A DNA stretch of 62,920 nucleotides, counting the filler, from Hausera hauseri (Eukaryota): NCBI GenBank assembly GCA_046269625.1. It is 9 parts of 9 records of this genome, joined end to end, with 100 filler letters (N's around TTAATTAATTAA, not from the genome) between each part and the next. Parts side by side here need not be neighbours in the genome. Positions count along the whole stretch, not along the records: positions 51,333 to 57,131 come from JBJURY010187304.1; positions 57,232 to 62,920 come from JBJURY010206522.1; 7 more parts are not named here. The stretch is one strand, 5' to 3'. Below the pieces are notes generated by a model. It had not been told where the DNA came from and did not search any database. It worked only from the letters and a program-made list of their open reading frames with translations. Below, piece after piece: positions 51,605 to 62,920 of the stretch (position 1 is the stretch's first letter; each line of letters opens with the position of its first letter). Both the position numbers and the translations under genes were made by a program.

Positions 51605-52221
51605 TGTTATGAACTAATTAGAAAACGTGAGCATTAAGCGAAAGAGTTCATTAATAATAGTCGAGAGGACAACAGAAGTAATAAATAAACTAATAAATCA
51701 GATTAAATGTCGTGGTTGAAGCAGAAGACCCACGCACCGATACTGTATAAATACAGATGTGACAAGTGAAAGGACAGTAGCTTCGCACAGTCATTAGANN
51801 NNNNNNNNAAATTCCTAACTGAAGTTGATCGAGATTCGAGTAATTGGAAGTAACTCCAGATCCGAAAGAAATTCAGAATTTTGTGACACTGATTTGCCCT
51901 TAGAAGTACTAATTGTTGTGGTATTTTAGAATAAACTTGTGTTATAAAATCTTTTATATAATTTTATGTCGCCTCTTAAAGGTGATTTGAACTACTCTAA
52001 GTTGTCAAAATCTGATTAAAGTCTATGGTTAAGACTAGAACTATCTAATTTATTGCAAAGGACCGCAAGCACATACCGCACTACTTAGCTCGAAGAAAAT
52101 AAATCGTAAGGTACAATCTGTTTTACCGAAAACGGTAGAACCTAATCTGCATATATTAAAGACAGAAATAAGATCAAGTTATTGTCATAGTGGGAGTTGT
52201 GTAGGGCCCATCCTAACTACT
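51605..52221 (+). repeat. Diverged solo LTR related to family B
   Basis: Starts TGTTATGAA; ctcttaaaggtgatt and gggagttgtgtagggcccatccta blocks echo the B LTRs. Confidence 0.5.
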
Positions 52222-52401
52222 AGTAAGTATTTCTTCAAGTATTTCTTTTCTTTCTGCAAGATTTGCCACCAATTAGCAAATCTTGACTGTTTATTAATAC
52301 ATTTTGAGAGATAAAGAAGTATGAAAAGCAAAACCTCTACAATAGTTTTTACATAAATTTTATCAAAGTTATTTTAATTTTTGAAATTTATTACTCTAGA
52401 G

Positions 52402-52480
52402 CAGTGGTTCTTAAATTATTGATCGCAACCACTTGGGGATCGCGGTGGTTATATTCGGGGGTCGTGAAGAGTAAATAATT
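52402..52480 (+). mobile_element. hAT (Charlie/Buster-like) element terminus
   Basis: CAGTGGTTCTT start with subterminal tcgc/ggggtcg motifs. Confidence 0.4.
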
Positions 52481-52971
52481 TTTGGTTTTGATGAAAATGA
52501 TCCTACAAAGTGTTGATAAATTAAATGTTTGTTCACAAATATTTATTAATAATGATTTATTTAGCTTCATTAACAATTCAATTAAATGAACATTTAAGTA
52601 ATGGAGCATCAAAAATAAATAATACACATATTTATTTTAAAATTGGATTTAAAACAAATGTATTTTAAAATATTTAAAATACTGATTCGAATTCAATTTA
52701 AATTGATATATGCCATAATAAGCTAAGCGCTAATCAGGATTTCGATCCGCAGAACTTACCAAGAAAGGTCATCTTTACTGGCGATCCAACCAGGATCATG
52801 GGACAAGGTAATTCCAGTCCTTCGGATTATAACGAACACTTCTGGAATTATTATGATGCCTCACTTCAACAATTTGATGGTTCATTTACTGATGAAGCAA
52901 AGCGATAGCTGGAAGTTATGATTCATGCAAACAAATTTTTTGACGGCCGTTTGTGAAGCTATGTGAAATCT

Positions 52972-53736
52972 TGTTAACGGAATGTTGTAAATAGCAGTCC
53001 GAATTGTTAGCTTTGTACATAAAGATTAAAGTAAAAATTATATCGGAATTAGTAATCGTCATCTACGTAGAATTTCAATTTAGAATTCCATTAGAATTAT
53101 AATTGATTTGAAATACTAATGTTTGCGAAAACTAATTAAAAAACATAACACGCGTATTACAATCGAAAATTACCATTGAAATTGTAGAACAAATGTGGAA
53201 AATTGACAAGTAATTAAATAATACGAGAAGAAAAACGCCCACGTACAACGATCAGTGAATATAAATACTAATTCAAAAAGAATACATGGCATAATTCTCG
53301 ACTATAGCGTCGATTAAAGCAGAACAATCCAAATTTGACTGTAGCGTTGATTAGTATTGAAAGAAATTCGAAAACAAGATATTCAAATTCAGTTGATATA
53401 GATAATTTATCGGCGGAGATCTGTGATTTTGTGGTGAATATTAAATCGGTATTTCCTATTATTTTCCTTAAACTCTTGATAGTTTTTCATGGGCTCTTAA
53501 AGCTGATTAGAGTGACACTAAGGTTAAAATCATACTGCAACTTGTATAAGTATCCGAACTAGTTAATTAAGCACAGGACACGGCAATCAATTAATCCACA
53601 CACGAAAACTATTACACATAGAGCACATTCGTTTAACTAGAACGTTAAACCGAATCTGCGTAAGACAATAATAAATTGAAGTGTAAATTACTTTATATAT
53701 AGAGGGAAGTGATAAGGGCCACCCATATATATAACA
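52972..53736 (+). repeat. 5' LTR of family B copy B3
   Basis: Homologous to 22483..23227 (ggctcttaaagctgatt, gcacattcgtttaac, gtgataagggccaccc), ends ATAACA; start approximate. Confidence 0.8.
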
Positions 53737-53738
53737 TT

Positions 53739-53756
53739 TGACGACCCCAGCAGGAC
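53739..53756 (+). promoter_or_regulatory. Primer-binding site, probably tRNA-Arg type
   Basis: TGACGACCCCAGCAGGAC 2 nt after the LTR; close to the complement of a tRNA-Arg 3' end. Confidence 0.65.
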
Positions 53757-54081
53757 AGTTTGTGCTTAGCCACATACTACTTAGTGTCAAGTAACGACAT
53801 ACCGGCAATCAGCGCCATCTACATCAAGTAATTGTGAGAAATTTAAAATTTTGTGATACAAGTTATTGAACTTAAACTTAGAGGGATAATTCAGGACGAA
53901 TGCTGACAACCAAGTAAACGATAAAGATAAATCACCTATACGTCAGACACGTAGAGTTATATATAGAGAAATAAATAAACGAACAAATTCTGAAACTAGA
54001 GTTAAATTAACTAACGTTAAGCCAAACGGTGAGTTTAAACTTCCTCAACTTGAGAATAAATCTTATAAGAATAAGATAGAT

Positions 54082-57000
54082 ATGGCAGCAGATAATGCAG
54101 CCGTAGCACAGAAGCTGGACATTTTTACATTTGGTTCTTTAAACCTGCCGGCGTACGATGGTGACACGGACGGATTGAACGATTTTTTGAGAACCTATAA
54201 GTTGCACGCCAAAGGTGCTAGTGCCACTCCTAAAGTAACAATAAAACGTTTATCATTGTACTTAAAGAATTTAGCCGCTGATGCTTATAGCGAGCTCATT
54301 AATGATGAAGAGAAATCTTGGTCCTCCTTGGTAGGAGCCTTAAACCGTAAATTGTTGCCAACGGTAACGCCGCAACAGAAATTCATGGCAATTCAAAATA
54401 GAGTGGAACAAAAGGGTGGATCAGTTACCCAATTTGCATTTGCATTAAAGTAACTCACTAAAAGTTATGTGAGCACTTTGAGAATAGCCAACGTAGCAAA
54501 AGCTAAGACAGACGCAGAACGTGAAGCTGCAGAAAAAGCGACACCGCCGGATTTAGACGTCATGATGACAACTCAGTTAATAAATGGCATATGGTCAAGA
54601 AACCTAGTTAAACAGTTAATTTTAGCCAAACCCGAGAATTTTGAGAAAACGTTACAATTAGCTCAAGATTTAGAAATGACATTAGAGAGATATGCCCAGC
54701 AAGGCGACAAATATGAAGGAAATAATGATCGCAATAATCGGAATAGAAACAATAATCAAGACAACAGACGATTTAACGATAATAACCGAAACCGAGGTTT
54801 TGATAACAGAAATCAAAATGCTCACAATATGAATCAAAGAAACGATAACCGGAATACATACGGCACGAACAATAATAAATCGCGCTATATTTCTGATAGG
54901 AACCAAGGTGGTTACTGATCCAATAATAAATACACTGATAATCGAAATAATGATAACAGATATGACGGAGATAACACGCATATGTTACAGAGTCAGAATA
55001 AGAATACAAACAGAGCAAAATCACTCGTAAATGAAGATGGCCGACAAAGGATCGGTCAAAACGGAAATTTGATCTGCTTTACATATAGTAAAGAAGGACA
55101 TATTGCTAGTTCATGTCCAAATCCTAGGAGTGTCACATTTATTGAACCGAATAAAACAAGTATGATTAGAAATAACTTAGAAGCTATCTATGGTAAACAA
55201 GGTGACATAAGTGTAATCATCGAAATGCAAGATCTACGTAGATCTGTAAGGAATCTAGGAGAAACTACTAATCCTCAGGTCATGAAAGCTAGATAAGAAT
55301 ATGAAGAGAAATTACGATTAATGGAAATCTATCATGGATTAATAGAACCACAAACTGAAGAAGAATGGGCACTGGCACCAAATAATACTAATATGACGCG
55401 CAAGAAGTCTATCCCGCAAGGAATAATCCAATCGGAGAAACCGACGACATCTCAGAACGTAGATTTAGACGCAGAATCCGAGAAACACAAACCAGACGAA
55501 ACAACAAATAAGATCGAAAGTGAATTTATTGGGCCTTTAGTTCTTAAGATAACCAAGAATAGAGGTAAATGCCCATCACCTAAGAGAAAATCCAAGATTC
55601 GTTCACGTTCTCCCATTAAAAAGAACATAGAAAGTAGAGAAGACCTTTATACCGCTATACTAGAAGGAGACTTATCCTCAGATATTTCCACTACGCCTAT
55701 AGGGATTCCAGAAGTGTTGGGAACACCCGAGATAATAAATATTAATGACGAAATAAATGAAATTTGTCCGCTTTCCGCTAGTGAGAAAGAAACGGACGAT
55801 AATAATGATCCTGATGCAAGGAAATAGAAAGGTCGACGTTCATGGAAAAATGCCGATGAATTAAAACGAATGAGAATTAGATATCACGACCCAGAGATAC
55901 TCCAACACAATATAGAAAGGCTTAAACAAATTAGTGAAGAAACAGATATATCTGGCAAAGAACAACAATTTGCGGAAAAATTATATAAAAGCTTAAGACT
56001 ATGCAGCGAAGGAAAGCTCGATGAAACAATTGAAATAAGACAACCTGAAGAGGTGTCGCGAGATAGGTTAACGAAATGAAACCACGAATTAGAGTCATGG
56101 ATCAAAAGTGCAGTCGAATTCTTGGAAGGATGGAGTAAAGACGAAGATAGTATCGGTATAAAAGTCGCTGAAGCGCAAACACTACTATCTACCTTAAAGG
56201 CTAATCCTAAGTTGAATAGAGTAGACAGTAATTTAGAATGCAAGATGGGTGAAGTCCGTTATGCAATAATCAACCGGCTTAGATAAAGACCGGTTGGAAA
56301 TCGAAGAAATATTGATTTGGAAATATTGGGTGTAGACCCGATAGATATTGCCCCTTAATGGAGATGATAAAAATTGCCTTTACCGAGCCCAAACAATATA
56401 CAGATTTAGAAGATCGTATTAGAATGGAGAATGAAAAAAGATCACGCATTAACAGGTTGAAGAATCAAATTATGTTAATGAATAATGAGGAAACAAATGT
56501 ATAATAAAGGCGTGCATCATAGAATTTGATGAATATAAGGACGTATTTAACTATGTTAACCAGATCATGAACTTTACAAAGGGTCCAGACGACGAATTAA
56601 AGGATGCATATAAGATGCTAAACAAAGCAATATTAGCAAAGCCAATAATCCCCAATCAACTGTCCGAATGGTCCGAACTAATAACGGGATTAAGTAAATT
56701 AATAGAAGACCGCAGGGAAGAATTCCCAGAAAGTGAACCATCTGTAAAAAAGCAACTAGAAGAAGTGGCACGTAACTTAAACATCATACAAGCAGAAATA
56801 GACATCCGGACACGGTTCGATTCATTACGACGATTAAATTTTATGAAGAAGAAAGAAACGGCAATATTGGAAGAAGTCTATAAAATGATGGAAGAAATTA
56901 ACTTTACAGAAAAGCGAAATATGACTTGCGAATTTTACTCGAGGCTAAGAAACATCCGACGGAAAGGAATCCAACATTTGACAGAGAAACCTATCGACGA

Positions 57001-57131
57001 AATTTCAATCCAAGGTATCGAAACCTTAGGTATTTGTTCAGAGCATAGAGCAGGTCTAACAGAAGCAGTAAGATTCTTGCATAAACCACGAGAATGGATG
57101 GCCGGTACAGATCAGAACTGTCATACCGAGT
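54082..57131 (+). pseudogene. Extended Gag of B3
   Basis: LPAYDGD..FL..LYLKNLAADAY..W capsid, N/R/D-rich linker, CFTYSKEGHIASSC knuckle, long acidic extension; ORFs 54082-56079 share one frame. Confidence 0.85.
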
Positions 57132-57231
57132 NNNNNNNNNNNNNNNNNNNNNNNNNNNNNNNNNNNNNNNNNNNNTTAATTAATTAANNNNNNNNNNNNN
57201 NNNNNNNNNNNNNNNNNNNNNNNNNNNNNNN
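57132..57231. other. Assembly spacer
   Basis: N44-TTAATTAATTAA-N44. Confidence 0.97.
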
Positions 57232-57825
57232 CAAGTATAGTGAGTAGGCTGGTTGCTCCAATACAGTGATCTGATTCTGAGCCAGGAACTGCCGAATGCT
57301 TAGGCACAGATCTTCCTCATGCCCAAATGTTTAGTGATAATCTTCCACGTATGATCGTTCTAACAGTTAGACGGCGATCGCCACGCACCAGTTCTCACAT
57401 GCTCAATGGTGCCCCCGTTCTGCTGGTTGAGGGCCTTCCGCTCCCGGAGTCGTCTTCCACGTCCTCCCGTCCATCCTTCAACCTCTTGTGCCACTCAAAA
57501 ATACGTGATCTTGACATCGTTTCATCCCCCGTACACTTGATGTAGCATTTCGAGTGGTTCTGATAGTGTTTTTCCAAGACTAACCAAAAATTTCACGTTG
57601 ATTCATTACTCAGCACTCATTGTTATAATTTTCACAAAAGGAACCAAAGAGAGCAGCTGTTTACAAAATTAACACAGAATATTAACAACACAATGCTGCG
57701 AGCTGATAACATTATTGTAAACACACATCATATTATGTGACATGATTACGTTATCAGCTAATCAATTTTCCTATTATAACACACACAGCCCTCGTTGTTC
57801 TGGAACTTTTCTTACATACCTCGTA
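57232..57825 (-). mobile_element. Mariner-like element, internally deleted
   Basis: TIR TACGAGGTATGTAAGAAAAGTTCC; GDETMSRSRIFEWHKRLKDGREDVEDDSGSGRPSTS. Confidence 0.85.
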
Positions 57826-58469
57826 TTATTATGTAATATTTGTTTTAGGAGATTATGTTAACCGAATTTGTGAATTGTGGACGATATCAATATCGACCTG
57901 TTAGCTTCAAAGAAATTCATGAAGATATGATCCAAACATCACAATTGACACATCTAAAGAAAGTGTTTCATTTCAAATAAGCCAAGTTGACCTCAAAGAT
58001 GATCAAACATCATTCTCCGAAAACATGAAAGAGTGTATCCAATTACACTAACAAGGGACACTACTTTACTTCTAAATCCAGTTTTTTATGGAATTCTGTA
58101 TTGTAAGATAATTTTGTACGCTGAATTCAAATATGTAAATCATTTTTGCTCTTATCCAGAATTTCTGAGATGTGGATAATGCTTTGTATATTTCCGGTAC
58201 TTTTAGCATAAACCAAAAATACAAAAAATTATAATGCTTTTTTATTTAATATTGTAATGAGAATATCAAGATCAGATACCACATGCAACTTTATGCAAAC
58301 TATTTCATATATGGAAAGTATTTTTGTTCAACAGAACATGAACTGAATGTTATTTTGAGTTTGATGTTAAACCAAGTAAAAGAGTAAATTTGTATATGCA
58401 AAATTTTCTGATATTATATTGCAAACCAGTTATTAAGAAAATTATTTGGATTATAAATTTCCGACAATG

Positions 58470-59645
58470 CTTTACTATAACTTAAAACCCGCCTACTAGC
58501 AATAAGCAGCTGTAATTTTGACAATCGTCAAATGTTATGTTTGAATAAGGCATCATTTGTACTTTTGACTTTTGTCAATGATATTCAATATATAAAATTT
58601 TGTGTTTGTGACAACAACATAGTCTTTTACTGCAAAGAAAATGTCTGAATTTCAACCAAATAAGCAGCATTTGCGCGAAGCTTTACTTTGAAAAAACTGC
58701 TGCTGAATCTCATAAAATGTTTGCTGAAGCTTATAAGGAACTTCCTCTATCGGAAACAACTTGTAAGAAATGGTTTTGACGATTTAAACTTGGTGATTTT
58801 GACACGATTGGTAAAGAAAGTTCAGGCCAGCCTAAAAATTCGAATATACAAAAATGCAAGCATTGATAGATGAAGATCGGGCCATTTGCAAGCGTTTAAA
58901 AATCATGGGAAATGTATACAAGGAAGTAAGATGGGTGCCATATGAGCTGAAAGAAAGAGACATCGAAAGGCGAAAACCATATCCGAAATGCTGCTAGCCA
59001 GACAAAAAAGAAAAGATTTTTTGTATCGAATTGTGACAGGCAATGAAAAGTGGATATATTTCGATAACCCCAAAAGGGACCCAGGTCAACCATCGACAAC
59101 GACGCCAAAACGAAATATTCAATGGGAAGAAGTCCATGTTCTGTATTTGGTGGAACCAGAAAGGTGTGATATATTATGAGATACGTAAACCTGGTCAAAC
59201 AGTCACAGAAGATCTCTACCAACAACAAATGACTTGTTTGAGCCAAGCATTGTACAAAAAACGATCAGAATATGAGACAAGACAGCATAATGTGATCTTG
59301 CATGATAAACAAACATTGGAAGCACTTCGCTAGGAAGTGCTACTCTATGCGGCTTATTCACCAGACTGTGCCTCTTCCGACTACCACTTGTTTCGGTCGA
59401 TGGCACACGCACTTGCTGACGAACACTTCAAGTCTTATTATAACGTCGAAAAATGGGTCGCTGACTGGATAGTCTCTAAAGATGAGTCGTTCTCTCGCCT
59501 TGGGATCCGCTTATTGCCACAAAGATGGGACAAAGTCATATCTAACGATGGACAATACTTTGATTGATTTATTTTTTTTATTCGTTCCTTTTACAAAGGC
59601 TTAATTTTTGCAAAAATAGGCGGGTTTTAAGTTAAAGACCTAATA
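58470..59645 (+). mobile_element. Mos1-like (mauritiana-type) mariner, decayed
   Basis: WVPYEL, IVTGNEKWIYFDN, YSPDCASSDYHLF; inverted repeats taacttaaaacccgccta (58478-58495) / taggcgggttttaagtta (59617-59634). Confidence 0.93.
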
Positions 59646-60314
59646 CTTCTGACACATTCCACATTTCTGTCATCTAATTTTTCACAAATTTTTTATTTGT
59701 CTCATGCACACAGACTTTTGATATAGAGGGTACATATTTTGCTTAATTTTGTATGCATATACTTAAAATATGATATGCGTACACACATCATTGAAATTAG
59801 ACCAAAGATATACACATGTGATTGAAGTTACATACATCACTAAAATATCAACATTCGATGCAAAATATATTTTCACAAAATATCCATGGAAATGACATTT
59901 ATTATTCAAATACATAAAATAATTCCAATACTTACTAAATATGTGCATTCTTATTACTCTATACATATAGTACTTTAAATTAATGAATCCGTGAAATATT
60001 TATTGTCTCTCCATTATTCAGATTTTCATTATCAGCACTTTCTAATTATAGATGCAAAATCCTGATGACATTATCTACGTATATGAAAACTGATAATTAC
60101 AATGATGGTTCTCTTGTAAGATTTGAGATTGAAGGAAGATCTAGCATTAATGGCACTGAAAATTTAATCACCGGCTTACCTTTCGATATCGCTCTACAAT
60201 GAAGGTACATTTTAAATGTTGAATTTTCCGTAATTATTAAAATGTCTTACATAATAATTGTCAAATTAAAATAAGAAAGATAACAACTGTCGACATAAAA
60301 AATCAAAAATCCCT

Positions 60315-61237
60315 ATGAAATATGCAATCATCGTTATTATATCATGTATAATTAACATGATATCATTGGAATTGCTTCTTCAATCAGTATCGAAGTTTTC
60401 GAATTACCTCACGTTCATTCAATTTCTCTTATATCGATATTCAGCTTTATACTGACCTTCAGAAACGGACTCAGAAGACCGAAAATTCCCATTGGAGACT
60501 ATTTAATAATGTCCTTGTGTTCTGTTGTTATGCAAAAACTGAACAATCTATCACTATCGTATGGCATTTCCGTATCAGTACAGACAATTCTACGATCTGC
60601 ATCATTACCCATCAATTTCGCATTCGGATCCTTGTTTTGTCATAGAAAATATTCCCGACACCAATTTATCGGAACTCTGCTCGTTTCTCTGGGTGTCGTT
60701 TTGGCGAACGTCAATCCCAATGACGAGCAAACTGTTGGCGGGTATTTCAACACGGGAGTTTTGCTGATAATTGTTTCACTGCTATTCAATGCTGTGTATT
60801 CATTCCATCAGGAAATGGCGTTTAAAATATATGATGGACAAACTGATGAATCGATTTTCTTCATTCACGTGCTGTCTCTACCAATATTCTTCTGGTTTAC
60901 GAATGAGATCGTTCAAGAATTCGGATTGATGCACAGCAGTAATGCTGTTCAGATGGGACAGTATTTGTCCATTCCGGTGTGGGCCATTCTCGTAGTCAAT
61001 GTTTGTAGTCAGTTCGTGTGTATTCGAACTATTTTGCAGATTACAACAGTCAGTGGGGTCCTCACACTGACTTTCGTGTTGACTTTGAGAAAATTTATTG
61101 GCACTCTTCTTTCAGCATATTTTTTTGAAAGTTCCTTTACTTTATATCGATGGATTGCAACGATACTTATTATTGCTGGCACCCTAGTTTACTCTAATAT
61201 TTTCAATGGACTTCTGCAGAGTAAAAAACTGGACTGA
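60315..61237 (+). CDS. SLC35B4: UDP-xylose/UDP-GlcNAc transporter (SLC35B4/YEA4-like), intronless, 1-nt frameshift near 60430
   Basis: LTFIQFL, LNNLSLSYGISV..ILRSASL, RKYS..Q, QE..FK.Y, FFIHVLSLP, LTLTFVLTLRKF. Confidence 0.75.
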
Positions 61238-61649
61238 ATAATATCAATATTATACATTCCTATAACTATTCAATTTTAAATCAATATCAATTGCATCTAT
61301 GACAGACAACTCACACCGTATCAAATAATCCTGTAATAACTGTATCGTGTACTATCTTTGACTTCAATGCGGAATAAATAACAAATCTTGTGTTTTCTTC
61401 TTATTGTTACTGTGAGGAGGAAGTTAAACGAATATTGATGTTTGAATTTAATTCAAAGTCAATTAAATAAATAGCCAATATAAAGTCGAGAAATTCCAAA
61501 AAGGATGAAAACAAGACTCATTTAATGAGTGAATGAGCTAATTGTTATATCAACTTTTATAATAAATTTCTAATGAATAATTCAGTCTTACAATCATCGA
61601 ATGACGTTGAGATCGGAATGGTAGATACGCGATCTACTAACAATACCAA

Positions 61650-62480
61650 AATTTGAGCGTCAGAATCCACATTTATCCGTCAATGTATTTTTCCTTCATG
61701 ATGAAATTAACATGGATTTTTATACGTATGTGGTCAAAAATCCTTTTACTGATGTAACCTATAGGTCTCGAAACGGCAACGGTACCCAGGTTAATTTATT
61801 ACTGATAGAGAAAGAAAATTGCCACCATTTAGCAGCAACTAATTTGGAACGGCTTTTAAATTTATAAAATTCCAAGCATTGGTACCATAAATACCTTCAT
61901 GGTTTTAGGACAAAATGTGGTTATGATAAACATTTCCCCATGTGCTTCGGCCACTTTGTCGAACACATGATATAAGATGCCTTTAGAAAAATATCGTGAA
62001 TTTAGTGATTGGGCTAAGTCAATTCCCGGTCAATTCGCAGTATGTGCAGACTTCGAATTCATTCTTCTACCTCATACGAAATATGATACAATTCATCTGC
62101 CTGATTCTGTAGGATTAGTTTCAGTTTCAGAAGGTGAAGTTACATTACACGATCAATTTGTTGCAGATAATTGTGTAGTAGATTTTTAGAGAGCATAGAA
62201 GACAGAAAGAACAATTGTTCTACTGTAGTGCTAATAAGCCTATGTTACAGTTAAAATCCGCCGAAGGGTTTCAATTTGAAACTGCACGTGTCTGTTATCT
62301 GTGTGCGAAGCCAGAGAATAAGTTCGTGAGAGATCATTGCCACATTACTGGTAAGTTCCTCGGTCTTGCCTGCGATAAATGTAATTTCTCACAATAGATT
62401 AGGTGCAACTTGCTGATAGGTTTTCGTAACCTGCGAGGATATGACATGTATCATATCCTCAAACATGCTAAGGGAAAATT
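61650..62480 (+). mobile_element. Polinton/Maverick-type protein-primed DNA polymerase B fragment (exonuclease region), decayed
   Basis: AVCADFEFIL, CYLC..VRDHCHITGKFLGLACDKCN, FRNLRGYD. Confidence 0.82.
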
Positions 62481-62920
62481 TAAGCATTTGGAGCCAAGTT
62501 AAATTCTTTAGTTCGGTTTTATTAGTTTGGTTTTATTAAGTGGAAAATTTAAAAATGCTACCGAAATGTAAATAAAAAATTATTAAGTAAAATTTGAAAT
62601 AACCGCCAAATTTAAACAAAATAAATAAAAATCTAACATAGAACAATAAGTATGTATTGTGTAATCTGACCATGCATGTGGGTAAGAGCATGCATCTGTC
62701 ATGCACAAAGCAACAGGTGCAGTTATTATCAGTTATGATGTAATCTAAACAGGTGAATCGTTGTCAGCAACGGGTGAATTATTATGTACAAGGGTATGGG
62801 GCAGACATGATAAATCCTACTACTCATACACTAACAGCTTATGCTAGCTCATTTGGAGCAATTGTATGACACAAAGCCATGTACCTCAAAACAGAACAAG
62901 ACACCATGCCATAAAGCAAG

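Noticed and set aside
52720-52910. Short coding-like stretch (NQDFDPQNLPRKVIFTGDP)
   Set aside because: No family recognised; too short to call
54682-55024. Hydrophobic minus-strand ORFs resembling membrane proteins
   Set aside because: Antisense translation of the AAT/AAC-rich Gag linker
17088-57131. B1, B2 and B3 as one physical element
   Set aside because: Different contigs and orientations, B1 and B2 overlap in content, LTRs clearly diverged

Overview
AT-rich eukaryotic (animal-like) DNA made of nine contigs joined by artificial 100-nt spacers (N44-TTAATTAATTAA-N44), so adjacency across gaps is not evidence. The window is dominated by decayed mobile DNA. (A) Three copies of a CsRn1-like Ty3/Gypsy family; the two that retain their 5' end have a ubiquitin-like domain ending in RGG in front of Gag, plus a doubled CHCC knuckle. 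(B) Three pieces of a retrovirus-like Gypsy family: Pol continues in frame into a signal-peptide/transmembrane env-like protein, followed by a conserved hairpin, a splice acceptor and an accessory ORF with a degenerate DEDDh-exonuclease-like domain and a C-terminal RING finger. Also present: RTE and Rex1/Babar LINE remnants, pogo and mariner transposons, a Polinton-type DNA polymerase fragment and minisatellites. Host-derived sequences are mostly fragments or chimeras: a DNAH7-like dynein stalk fused to an unknown ~490-aa domain, a calpain-ankyrin fusion and a LITAF-like piece embedded in retroelements, a small double-RING gene and a frameshifted SLC35B4-like gene. All homology calls are by-eye motif recognition, not database searches.
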